This document shows positions 31,469-40,319 of a DNA stretch of 64,000 bases, one piece after another. The stretch spans positions 10,359-74,358 of the forward strand of contig QNFE01000001.1 of NCBI GenBank assembly GCA_003645455.1. Direction: 5' to 3'. The DNA comes from Gammaproteobacteria bacterium (GTDB lineage: Bacteria > Pseudomonadota > Gammaproteobacteria > QNFE01). Every line of letters starts with the position of its first letter. Positions within the stretch are counted from its first letter, which is position 1. The notes under the pieces were generated by a model that ran no database searches, was not told the DNA's origin, and saw only the letters and a program-made list of their open reading frames with translations. Made by a program: the position numbers and the translations under genes.

Positions 31469-32374
31469 TTATGTTTTTAAAAAATTAAGATAGTTATCAT
31501 AGCGAAATCTGGCAATAGTTTTATTTTTAACAGCATCTTTTACCGCACAATTCGGTTCATTTATGTGATAGCAATTTTTATATTTACAGCCACAAGATAC
31601 ATCAAAAAATTCAACAAAACCATTTTTAATGTCTTTCTTGTCAATTTTGCTACCAATAAAATCTCGCAAACCTGGGCTATCTATAATTTTTGAATTGTTG
31701 ATAGCATCATACATCTGAGTTGTGCAGGTTGTATGCCGTCCCACTCCTTTATCGTTTGTTTTACAGGTTTCAATAACATTTTCATTTTTAGTTAAGGCAT
31801 TGGTTAGAGTAGATTTTCCTACCCCGGACTCTCCTGTTAACATATTTATTTGTTGGGGTTGAAAACTTTTAATAAAGCCATCATAAGAAAAAATATCCAA
31901 AGCAGAGACAAGAAAAACATCCATAATTTTTGAATAACAATCAACGAGTTTTTCTATATCTTTTTTTGTCATGTCCCTTGTTTTGTGTTTTTTTTGACTG
32001 TTGTTTATTAAATCAATTTTATTGATAATTAACACAGGATATATATTTTGTTTGTGACAAACTATGATTATCTTATCAATAAGTTTGTTATCAATCCCAG
32101 GGTTTACAGAGCAAATTATTAATAAACGGTCAATATTTGCTGATAAATTTTGCCGAATTTGATTTTCTTTTATTCTGTAAAGATAGTTTTTTCTATCTAA
32201 TCTTTTGTTTATTTTATAGTTGCCGTTATCATTTATTAACTCAACAAAATCACCACATAAAACTGAGCCTGCACTATTTTGTAACTTTGCCTCAATAATT
32301 TCTTTATTATTTATTGATACCTGCACTTGTTTGCCAAAAATTGCGACAATTTGTGCGTTATCATATGGTGACAT
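31469..32374 (-). CDS. rsgA: Ribosome small-subunit-dependent GTPase A
   Basis: Circularly permuted GTPase motifs (GESGVGKSTL ... GRHTT) plus a C-terminal zinc finger (CGCKYKNCYHINEPNC). Confidence 0.85.
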   Translation of the reverse strand: MSPYDNAQIVAIFGKQVQVSINNKEIIEAKLQNSAGSVLCGDFVELINDNGNYKINKRLDRKNYLYRIKENQIRQNLSANIDRLLIICSVNPGIDNKLIDKIIIVCHKQNIYPVLIINKIDLINNSQKKHKTRDMTKKDIEKLVDCYSKIMDVFLVSALDIFSYDGFIKSFQPQQINMLTGESGVGKSTLTNALTKNENVIETCKTNDKGVGRHTTCTTQMYDAINNSKIIDSPGLRDFIGSKIDKKDIKNGFVEFFDVSCGCKYKNCYHINEPNCAVKDAVKNKTIARFRYDNYLNFLKT

Positions 32375-32375
32375 T

Positions 32376-32669
32376 TTATTTTTTAAATTTGTAATAAGTG
32401 TTGTTTAAATAATCAGTTACAGATATTATTTCATCATCAAAAAATTCAGCCTCGGCTTGATGAGAGCACATCTTGACTCTTGAATGTAGTTTTTGATAAT
32501 TTTCTATGCCACTTTTTTGGTTAATATAGGGCTGATCTGTATGACACTTCAAACATTTATCGGCGTGTAAAAATTGTCCGTCTGCTTCACTGTCGTCTGA
32601 TGCTATGACATTAAAAGATAAAGATAAGTATAATCCTAATAAAGTAATTGTTTTAGATGAAAGTTTCAT
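32376..32669 (-). CDS. Small exported protein with a single CxxCH haem-binding motif (possible monohaem cytochrome c-like protein)
   Basis: N-terminal signal peptide and one CLKCH motif. 97 aa. No recognisable family beyond that. Confidence 0.35.
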   Translation of the reverse strand: MKLSSKTITLLGLYLSLSFNVIASDDSEADGQFLHADKCLKCHTDQPYINQKSGIENYQKLHSRVKMCSHQAEAEFFDDEIISVTDYLNNTYYKFKK

Positions 32670-33916
32670 ATAGATGTTCTCCTAAGGTTTTTAATCCGCA
32701 AACTCGCAGGCGGATGTGAGTTATAAAACGACGAATATAAACTATCTGGTGTGAGGGTGCTGGCATTTTCTTTATACATTTGCACCAAGGCATCAACAAG
32801 ATCATTGGCATCTGTTTTATCGGCGGCATAATCATCGGCTTGATATTCATTCTTGCGTGACAGGTATGAAAAAACCGGTGACAGCAGAAAAGTAAAAACT
32901 GGCATTATTAAGGAAAATAGCAATAATGCCATAGCATTATCAATAGACGGTATAGCAAAACTTTGAAAAAACCAAAGTTTATTGTAAATAAATCCTAAAA
33001 TAGCCAAACCTATTAAAGAAAATGCCATTGACATTATAATGCTTTTTAAGATATGTTTGTGTTTAAAATGCCCTAATTCGTGAGCTAAAACCGCTTCAAT
33101 TTGTTGAGTATTGAGAGTTTTTAGCAGGGTATCAAAAAAGACAATTCTTTTATTTTTTCCAAAACCGCTAAAATAAGCATTGCCATGTCCTGATCTTTTT
33201 GATCCGTCCATTATATAGATTCCTTTGGATTTAAAACCACACTTTTTTAAAAGATTATTGATAGAATTTATCAATATATCATCATCTAATAACTTAAATT
33301 TGTTAAATATTGGAGCAATTATAGTAGGGTAAACCCACATTAAAACGAGGCTAAAACCTGCATAAACAAAAAAAGCCCACAGCCACCATAAATTACCTGC
33401 CATGCCCATAAGGTATAAGATAACCCACAATAAAGGAGCACCTATTAGTATTCCCAGCCCCAAACCCTTTATTATGTCAATAAAAAAAGTTCCATAGGTA
33501 GTGCGATTAAATTTATACCGCTCTTCAATTACAAACGTGTTATACCAACTAAAAGGCAGGCCTATTAACATGTTTATAGCGACAAAAAGTCCGATTATAG
33601 TCAAGCCACTTAGTATAGGCGAGGATATGTTCCACATCATAACAACACTATATAGATAAGATAAGCCACCACCTAATGTCCAAAACAGCAAAACTATAGC
33701 ATCAAACACAATTTCAAAATTAGAAAATTTAAGTTTTGTGGTGGTGTAGTCTGCCGCTTTTTGATGATCCTTTAAGTTTATCTTATCGCTAAATTCAATT
33801 GGCACCGAGTTTTTATGGGTAGCAACAGATAATTTTTGACGATAATTCAAATATAATCTGACAGATAAACTGACAACAAAAAAGACTAAAAAAGCATAAA
33901 TAAATAACTCACTCAT
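32666..33916 (-). CDS. M48 family (Ste24/HtpX-like) zinc metalloprotease
   Basis: HEXXH motif (AHELGHFKHKH) in a multi-pass membrane protein of 416 aa, the length of a Ste24-type peptidase. Confidence 0.75.
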   Translation of the reverse strand: MSELFIYAFLVFFVVSLSVRLYLNYRQKLSVATHKNSVPIEFSDKINLKDHQKAADYTTTKLKFSNFEIVFDAIVLLFWTLGGGLSYLYSVVMMWNISSPILSGLTIIGLFVAINMLIGLPFSWYNTFVIEERYKFNRTTYGTFFIDIIKGLGLGILIGAPLLWVILYLMGMAGNLWWLWAFFVYAGFSLVLMWVYPTIIAPIFNKFKLLDDDILINSINNLLKKCGFKSKGIYIMDGSKRSGHGNAYFSGFGKNKRIVFFDTLLKTLNTQQIEAVLAHELGHFKHKHILKSIIMSMAFSLIGLAILGFIYNKLWFFQSFAIPSIDNAMALLLFSLIMPVFTFLLSPVFSYLSRKNEYQADDYAADKTDANDLVDALVQMYKENASTLTPDSLYSSFYNSHPPASLRIKNLRRTSI

Positions 33917-33978
33917 AAACTAATCCTTGCAATAAATACAGGTATTATAACATTTTTATTAAATAGTTTTGCATAAAA

Positions 33979-34815
33979 TTAACCATGGTTAAAAAATGCT
34001 ATTGTAACCCTGTCTATTGATGAGGCATCTTTGATACTTGTTATTTTTTGATAATTATATTTTGCAAGTTCTGCTCTGATTTTTGATGAGTGATTATAAC
34101 CGTGCTCCAAGATTATATAACCTTGCAAAAAAGAAGATGCTACTGAGATAATTTTTTTTAAATCTGCCAGACCATTATCATCTGAAAATAAGGCATTTGG
34201 CGGTTCATATAAAGTCTCATTATTCATAAGGTTTTTATCTTTAAGACTCACATATGGAGGATTGCTTATTATTAAATCAAATTTTTGAAGGGGAATGTTG
34301 GCAAACCAGTTGCTGTGAATTGTTGTTATGTTAGATACATTATGAAGCTTTATGTTTTTATGACATAGTTTTATAACAGATAAACTATTGTCTGTGGCTA
34401 CAATAGTTGATTTTGGATAGAGTTTTGCAAGAGTGATAGCGATACATCCTGTGCCTGTGCCAAGCTCTAAAATTTTAAGATTTTCTTTTTTATTATTGTG
34501 AGTCTTTAACACTGTATCTATTATTAACTCTGTTTCAGGTCGAGGTATTAAAGTGTTTTTATCGACCTTAAATTTTAAGCCATAAAATTCTTTTTCACTG
34601 ATTATATAAGCTATGGGCTTGCCTTTTTTTCTTTGCTGTATAAGTCGCTTTAGTTTTTTGTTCTGCTCTTCATTGAGGATGTAATCACTATTGGCATACA
34701 AAAAACTCCGCGGTTTTTTAAGCACAAATTTTAACAATATATCTATATCTAATAGATCTAAGTTATTATTTTGTTTTTTTATGTCATCAATACTAAGGTT
34801 AATGCCGATATTCAT
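33979..34815 (-). CDS. prmC: Peptide chain release factor N5-glutamine methyltransferase
   Basis: HemK family signature (LELGTGTGCIAI ... IISNPPYV). Confidence 0.85.
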   Translation of the reverse strand: MNIGINLSIDDIKKQNNNLDLLDIDILLKFVLKKPRSFLYANSDYILNEEQNKKLKRLIQQRKKGKPIAYIISEKEFYGLKFKVDKNTLIPRPETELIIDTVLKTHNNKKENLKILELGTGTGCIAITLAKLYPKSTIVATDNSLSVIKLCHKNIKLHNVSNITTIHSNWFANIPLQKFDLIISNPPYVSLKDKNLMNNETLYEPPNALFSDDNGLADLKKIISVASSFLQGYIILEHGYNHSSKIRAELAKYNYQKITSIKDASSIDRVTIAFFNHG

Positions 34816-35507
34816 AAAATATTTTTTAATTTAGTGTTGAAGCCCTGTTGCATATGTGATATTTGGGCTAAAAAAAGCTCGGCTGTGGCGATAGCATCTT
34901 CAATGGCACTATGGGCATTATATTTCGGAAGACTTAAATTGCTGCGAATATTGAATAATCGTAATTGATTGGCAACGACAGGAATATTTCGCCGATCTAA
35001 CTCTCTTTTTTCTATTTTCATTGTGTCCGCAAAAATAACTGGAATTTTATAATCATATAATTTTTGACAAGTTTTTTGGAGGTGAGTTTTTTCGATGATA
35101 TCGTGATGGGCTACGACGACTCTACCTTTTATAACTTCTAATAATTTTGGCAATATATCCTCGACAACAAAACCATCTTGTAATTTATCATCTGTAATCT
35201 GGTGGACAGTTACGGCATCTTTTTTTAATTTTTGTTTGACATTTATTAAGTAATGGCAGCTTGCTCCTAAATTGATTTTATTATTTTTAATGAGTGTCCA
35301 GCCGAAGCTTAATATGACATCTTTTTTTAAATCAAGCCCTGTGGTTTCAAAATCAAGCACAATAAATTCTAGATCTTTGATGGTTTTATTTTTATCCACC
35401 AAAGGAGATTTTAAGTATTTTTGCAAGATAGGGTGGGTATTTTTTTTTAAAAGATATTTGCGATATGTTGTAGGTGGCAACAAAAAGTATAAAAAATTTC
35501 TTATCAT
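34812..35507 (-). CDS. DnaQ-like 3'-5' exonuclease (DEDDh family)
   Basis: Exo I motif (DFETTGLD) and a later H-x4-D motif. 231 aa. Abuts the downstream end of the cNMP/CBS/DUF294 gene. Confidence 0.75.
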   Translation of the reverse strand: MIRNFLYFLLPPTTYRKYLLKKNTHPILQKYLKSPLVDKNKTIKDLEFIVLDFETTGLDLKKDVILSFGWTLIKNNKINLGASCHYLINVKQKLKKDAVTVHQITDDKLQDGFVVEDILPKLLEVIKGRVVVAHHDIIEKTHLQKTCQKLYDYKIPVIFADTMKIEKRELDRRNIPVVANQLRLFNIRSNLSLPKYNAHSAIEDAIATAELFLAQISHMQQGFNTKLKNIL

Positions 35508-35509
35508 TT

Positions 35510-37384
35510 TTATACCAATCTCTCGGTATGATAGGCAGAACTCATAGCGGACTGCATCGTGCGAACAATTTCAAAGGCATCTTTTAAATGTTTTCTCTCC
35601 AAGGAGGATAGGGTGTCAGGCTCGACATAATTATTGATTGTCTGTTTTGCTTCTACTTGTTTTAACTGTTGATTAAGGCGAATTGTTGAGATAAAATCAT
35701 ATGACTCTAATAAATCTTTTTTGCCTTTTTTGCTAAGGGTTTTGGCTTTTGATGATAATTTTAACCTATCTATCGTGTTAATTGTATCGGTGATACCAGC
35801 TGATAGGGCATACACACGAGCCAAGTCTGTAATGGGAGTGACTCCTCTTTTTTTCATATTGAGCGCTTTGGATTCTGTGCCGTGTTTTTCTAAAACAAAA
35901 GATCTAAAAATTCCTAATGGAGGATGATAGTGTAGGGCATTAGCTGCCATATGGGATAAAAATATACTATTGCCTTTGATTTTTTTACCAATGGATTGTT
36001 TTAAATCATCTAATAAATCCTGATTGCCATAGATAAAGTCTAAATCAAAAAAAATCGAAGATAACATCAGAGCTTTGGGTTCCGGAGTGTGAATCCATTT
36101 ATCAAAATACCCCTTCCAAACATCAAGACTTACACACCATAGAGGGTTGGTTGCCATCACATCGCCAGGGCAATACACATAACCACATTCATTTAAACCA
36201 TCACAGACAAATTTGCTAATTTTCTTAAAATATTCGCTGTGTTTTTCGTCATCATAATTATTATCAAGGATTATTAAATTATCTTGGTCAGAAAAGGCAG
36301 TTTGTTCTCCTCGTGCCTGTGAGCCTGCGACCACCCAGGCATAATCAACCTCAGATATGCCAAATTCTTTTTCAGCGAGAATCAATAATCTACGATTAAT
36401 ATCTCGTCCGATAGAGCTTATGGCAGATCCTATATCATAGGCTGTCATCCGATTTCTAACCATCGAGGCAAAAGTTGGCGGAATCTGCAAGGCAAGTTTG
36501 GCTAATTCATCAACAGAATTAGCACGATTTATTTCATTAACAAGATAAATAGTGTTATAACTTTGGGCGCGAATTAAATCATTAACTGTGATAATGCTTA
36601 AAACTTTTTGATTCTCATCAACAATAGGTAAACGATGAATATTGTGTTTTGTCATCAACAGCAAAGCATCAGAGGCACGAGTGTTTTTATCAATCGTAAT
36701 CAAAGATGTTGTCATAACAGATTTAATTGGTTGTTTGATATCAACAGCAGAAGAGACAACTTTGGTGCAAAATGTGCGATCTGACACTATGCCAGATAAT
36801 TTATCCTCATCCATTATCAAACATGAGGTAACTGAATTTTCTGTCATTTGTATCGCAACATTTTGAATTGAGGTGTTAAGATCTAATTTTAAAATGTGTT
36901 GTTTGTCTTCGACTAATTCTGATGCACTTTTTGTGAATAAAATATTAGCTGTGGTATCGTGCACCTCTCGTAGGGCAATTTTTAAACGGGAACGTTTTTT
37001 ACGATCAAAAAATGCTTTTATTTGGGGGAATTCTACCGCAATATCAAGCAAAGTTTTGGCAGGAATTTCATACAATAGGCAATCTTCAATGGCACGGATA
37101 GGCATGGTAACCTCGCCTGTTACAAAAGCGGACCTATAACCAAACCAATCCCCTCCATCAAAGTGGCTGTATAATTTGCCATCACTATCTAAAACCTCAA
37201 CCGCTCCTGTTCGCAACAAATAAACGGTTTCATTTGTCTGCCCTGACTTTAAAATTATTTCACCACGGCGGGCATATTCAATCTTTAAGCTTTTAGCAAC
37301 AATATGTAAAGCATCAGTGGATAATTTATCCAAAGGAGGACAACTTTTTATGTAGTCAATAATTTCAATTTGTTCAATTTCCAT
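35510..37384 (-). CDS. Cyclic-nucleotide-binding / tandem CBS / DUF294 nucleotidyltransferase-domain protein
   Basis: Three regions in series: an N-terminal cNMP-binding fold, a central CBS pair, and a C-terminal GlnD-like nucleotidyltransferase (DUF294) with its substrate-binding domain. 624 aa. Confidence 0.75.
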   Translation of the reverse strand: MEIEQIEIIDYIKSCPPLDKLSTDALHIVAKSLKIEYARRGEIILKSGQTNETVYLLRTGAVEVLDSDGKLYSHFDGGDWFGYRSAFVTGEVTMPIRAIEDCLLYEIPAKTLLDIAVEFPQIKAFFDRKKRSRLKIALREVHDTTANILFTKSASELVEDKQHILKLDLNTSIQNVAIQMTENSVTSCLIMDEDKLSGIVSDRTFCTKVVSSAVDIKQPIKSVMTTSLITIDKNTRASDALLLMTKHNIHRLPIVDENQKVLSIITVNDLIRAQSYNTIYLVNEINRANSVDELAKLALQIPPTFASMVRNRMTAYDIGSAISSIGRDINRRLLILAEKEFGISEVDYAWVVAGSQARGEQTAFSDQDNLIILDNNYDDEKHSEYFKKISKFVCDGLNECGYVYCPGDVMATNPLWCVSLDVWKGYFDKWIHTPEPKALMLSSIFFDLDFIYGNQDLLDDLKQSIGKKIKGNSIFLSHMAANALHYHPPLGIFRSFVLEKHGTESKALNMKKRGVTPITDLARVYALSAGITDTINTIDRLKLSSKAKTLSKKGKKDLLESYDFISTIRLNQQLKQVEAKQTINNYVEPDTLSSLERKHLKDAFEIVRTMQSAMSSAYHTERLV

Positions 37385-37409
37385 GATTGTTTTTAAAAAA
37401 ATAAAATGG

Positions 37410-37784
37410 CTATTTAATAATTAAATCCAATGCTTTGGATAGAGTTAAGAAAAAACCAATCATTGCGATTAACATCACCATATTTTTATTCAAAGCCTGT
37501 TGAATTATTGTTTTTATGTCGCTTTTTAAAAGAGCAAATTCACCTTTTAAACCAGTAAACTCATCTTTTAAACCAGTAAACTCATCTTTTAAACTTGCTA
37601 CATCAGAGGTTACCTCATCTAATTTTTGATCCAAGTGATTGATATGGTTATATTGAGATTTTAACAATAAGGTATTTATATCTTCTTGTTTTAAGCCCTC
37701 ACCACGGACGAATCGCTCCTCTATTTCTTTTAATTTTGGAGTTATCATCTCGATTAACATACTGTCTATATTAGTTTTATTCAT
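37410..37784 (-). CDS. Coiled-coil protein with C-terminal transmembrane helix (DUF1640-like)
   Basis: Heptad-rich sequence with an in-frame 21 bp tandem duplication encoding LKDEFTG twice, and a hydrophobic C-terminus. Confidence 0.45.
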   Translation of the reverse strand: MNKTNIDSMLIEMITPKLKEIEERFVRGEGLKQEDINTLLLKSQYNHINHLDQKLDEVTSDVASLKDEFTGLKDEFTGLKGEFALLKSDIKTIIQQALNKNMVMLIAMIGFFLTLSKALDLIIK

Positions 37785-37827
37785 AGGTTTTTATAAATCA
37801 TAAATAGGGTAGCATAACAAAAAATAA

Positions 37828-38805
37828 TCAACAAATATCAAAAATGTTTTTAATTAAAACAGGACCACGGTAAATTAAACCTGTAAAAATCTGCACCAGA
37901 GAGGCACCAGCTTTGAGTTTATCATCGGCAGATTTTTTATCCATAATTCCACCTGAGGCGATTATTGGTAAATCTCCTTGATATAAATCTGCTAATTTTT
38001 TGATTATTTTGGTTGTAGTCTCGTTTAATGGTTTGCCTGATAAACCGCCGGTTTGTTGATAACTGTGTTGGACGGTGGTGTTGGTGGCAATAATGCCGTC
38101 CATTTTGCTGCCTCTTATAATTTTGGCAACTGTTATTAGTTGAGTATCATCCATATCTGGGCTTATTTTTACGACTAAGGGCGTCCATTTTTTGGTTTGG
38201 TTGAATATTTTTATTTGCTCTTGTTTTAATCTTGTAAGGAGCTTTTGAAGGTTAGCAGGTTTCAACAAATCTCGTAAATTTGGAGTATTAGGAGATGATA
38301 AATTTATACTAATATAATCGCAATGTTGGTATGAAACTTGCAAACAATATAAATAATCGTCAATGGCATTCTCGTTTGGAGTGTTTTTATTTTTGCCGAT
38401 ATTAATCCCGATAATTCCACTAAAAGAACTTGATTTTAATTTTTTAATCGCATATAAAATCCCTTTGTTATTAAAACCCATCCGGTTGATGATAGCTTGT
38501 TCTTTTTTATAACGAAAAAGCCTCGGTTTGTCGTTACCTTGTTGTGGTTTTGGAGTTAAAGCGCCGATTTCAATACAACCAAACCCAAGCGATTCTAACG
38601 CATCAATATAATCACCATTTTTATCAAAACCTGCTGCTAACCCAATTTTGTTAGGAAACTGCAAACCCATAACCTCCACAGGTTTTTTATATTCAACCAA
38701 GCTAAAATTAGCCCAGATTTTCAGCATTTTTAGGCTAAAAGAGTGAGCGACCTCAGGGGGTAGGGCAAACAAAAAAGGACGAGATATTTTATAAAGTGTT
38801 TTCAT
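37828..38805 (-). CDS. pyrD: Dihydroorotate dehydrogenase (quinone), class 2
   Basis: Membrane-associated N-terminus typical of class 2 DHODH, 325 aa. FMN-binding motifs are present (GLAAGFDKNG, GGIMDKKSA). Confidence 0.9.
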   Translation of the reverse strand: MKTLYKISRPFLFALPPEVAHSFSLKMLKIWANFSLVEYKKPVEVMGLQFPNKIGLAAGFDKNGDYIDALESLGFGCIEIGALTPKPQQGNDKPRLFRYKKEQAIINRMGFNNKGILYAIKKLKSSSFSGIIGINIGKNKNTPNENAIDDYLYCLQVSYQHCDYISINLSSPNTPNLRDLLKPANLQKLLTRLKQEQIKIFNQTKKWTPLVVKISPDMDDTQLITVAKIIRGSKMDGIIATNTTVQHSYQQTGGLSGKPLNETTTKIIKKLADLYQGDLPIIASGGIMDKKSADDKLKAGASLVQIFTGLIYRGPVLIKNIFDIC

Positions 38806-38863
38806 AGGTTAGCTGTCCCCAATAATTTTTATATCATCAGCTGGTGCTTGTTTGTAATTTTTT

Positions 38864-39961
38864 CTAATCATAGTTTTCGTCCAATAGTTTAATTAGAGTT
38901 TTTGCATCTGGTAAAATATTTTTATATTTTTTTGGCAGTTGTGAGCTGGTATTAAATGTAGCAACCCCCATAGCTTTATTAAAATCTCTGAATGCAAATT
39001 CTACGGTTTTATTTTTCTTTTCTTTGCAAAGGATTATACCTATTGATGGGTTTTCGTGTTCTTGTTTTATGTATTCGTCAAGGGCAGAGAGATAAAAATT
39101 CATCTTTCCTAAATATTCTGGTTTGAATTTTCCTGTTTTTAACTCTATGGCTACTAATGCTTGTAAATTACGATTGTAAAACAATAAATCAACAAAATAT
39201 TCTGTATCATCAACTATTATTCTGTATTGGTTGCCAATAAATGCAAAATCAGCCCCAAGTGTTGAGATAAATTTTTTAATATTTTGCACGATTTCATTTT
39301 CTAAAACTCTTTCGTTGTCTTGCTCTTCGTCTGTAAGACTTATAAAATCTAACAAATAATGGTCGTTAAAGTTTTGTAATGATTTTTGTCTTTGTTGGGT
39401 GTCACTTATTGTTTGGTTAAAATTATTTGGCAACATTCCCTGTTTTTCAAATAATTTATTTTTTAGATGCTGTTTTAAAACTCTAACAGTCCAAAACTCG
39501 TCTGTTGATTTTTTGATGTAAAACAACCTCTCGTTGATTTTTTTTGTCTTGGCGATTATCTCGCAGTGAGCGGTAAAACTTAATTTTGTAAAACAATCAA
39601 CTAATAAATTTATATCAATATCTAATTGGTCAGTCAATGACTGGCTAATTGATTTTTTGTTATTTTCGGTAATTTCATCTATAAAATATAAATTCCATTC
39701 TTCATAAAATGCTCTCATATTTTTTAAATTTGAATATGAAAATCCTCTTAAACCACTCAATTCAATTTGTAAATCGTCTGATAGTCTTTTGATGGTTTGA
39801 TTGCCCCATTTTTCAGTTGCAACTTTTTTGGATATTATTTTTCCTACATTAAAATATAAGTTTAATAACTCTTTGTTAGCAACTTTGGCAACTTCATAAC
39901 GACTTTTTATTATTTGTTGCTTTAAATTTTTAAGAATCTTGATATAATTGTCAATAATCAT
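38864..39961 (-). CDS. YhcG/DUF1016 family PDDEXK nuclease
   Basis: N-terminal YhcG-type region (LSGLRGFSYSNLKNMRAFY). C-terminal PD-(D/E)xK core (DLLFYNRNLQALVAIELKTGKFKPEYLGKMNFYLSALDE). Confidence 0.7.
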   Translation of the reverse strand: MIIDNYIKILKNLKQQIIKSRYEVAKVANKELLNLYFNVGKIISKKVATEKWGNQTIKRLSDDLQIELSGLRGFSYSNLKNMRAFYEEWNLYFIDEITENNKKSISQSLTDQLDIDINLLVDCFTKLSFTAHCEIIAKTKKINERLFYIKKSTDEFWTVRVLKQHLKNKLFEKQGMLPNNFNQTISDTQQRQKSLQNFNDHYLLDFISLTDEEQDNERVLENEIVQNIKKFISTLGADFAFIGNQYRIIVDDTEYFVDLLFYNRNLQALVAIELKTGKFKPEYLGKMNFYLSALDEYIKQEHENPSIGIILCKEKKNKTVEFAFRDFNKAMGVATFNTSSQLPKKYKNILPDAKTLIKLLDENYD

Positions 39962-39966
39962 TATGT

Positions 39967-40176
39967 TTATCCCTGTTTTAATTTTATAAAAATATTGACA
40001 CTAACCCTTTGCAACATCTTAAACATGCCATCACCATCAGGACACTTTTCCGCTATGTTGTGACTCTCATGCAAATCCAAAATATAAATTTTATCAAAAC
40101 CTGCTGCCAACCCAATTTTATTAGGAAATTGCAAAGCAAACAAAAAAGGACGAGATATTTTATAAAGTATTTTCAT
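39967..40176 (-). pseudogene. Mosaic gene relic: pyrD 5' end fused to a pyrD internal piece and a piece of the Type IIG RM gene interior
   Basis: The 69 aa ORF reads MKILYKISRPFLFAL (pyrD aa 1-15), then QFPNKIGLAAGFDK (pyrD aa about 48-61), then IYILDLH...CPDGDG...VSVNIFIK (RM enzyme aa about 600-645). At DNA level it is a diverged copy of 38762-38805, then 38620-38664, then 41690-41812. Confidence 0.7.
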
Positions 40177-40217
40177 TTTAAATTTTTATTACACCAAAGT
40201 TTCATAAGAAGGACCTA

Positions 40218-40318
40218 AATAATTCTATAAAATCCGTCACTGCGAGACAAAGCCCTGTCAGTCTCGGATACTACCAAGAGATTGCCGCGGTCGCAAGCTC
40301 GCTGCAATGACGGGTTTT
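40218..40318. repeat. About 100 bp element with terminal inverted repeats (aaatccgtcactgcgag ... ctcgctgcaatgacgggttt), related to the glmU-glmS spacer repeats
   Basis: Shares the 'ccgtcaYtgc...gcgagcttgcga...gcaatctc' core with the 27419-27600 elements. It sits immediately 3' of the RM gene stop. Confidence 0.55.
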
Positions 40319-40319
40319 T

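Noticed and set aside
39967-40176. 69 aa ORF as a genuine small gene
   Set aside because: Its sequence is a patchwork of diverged pyrD and RM-gene fragments. I report it as a relic or pseudogene instead.
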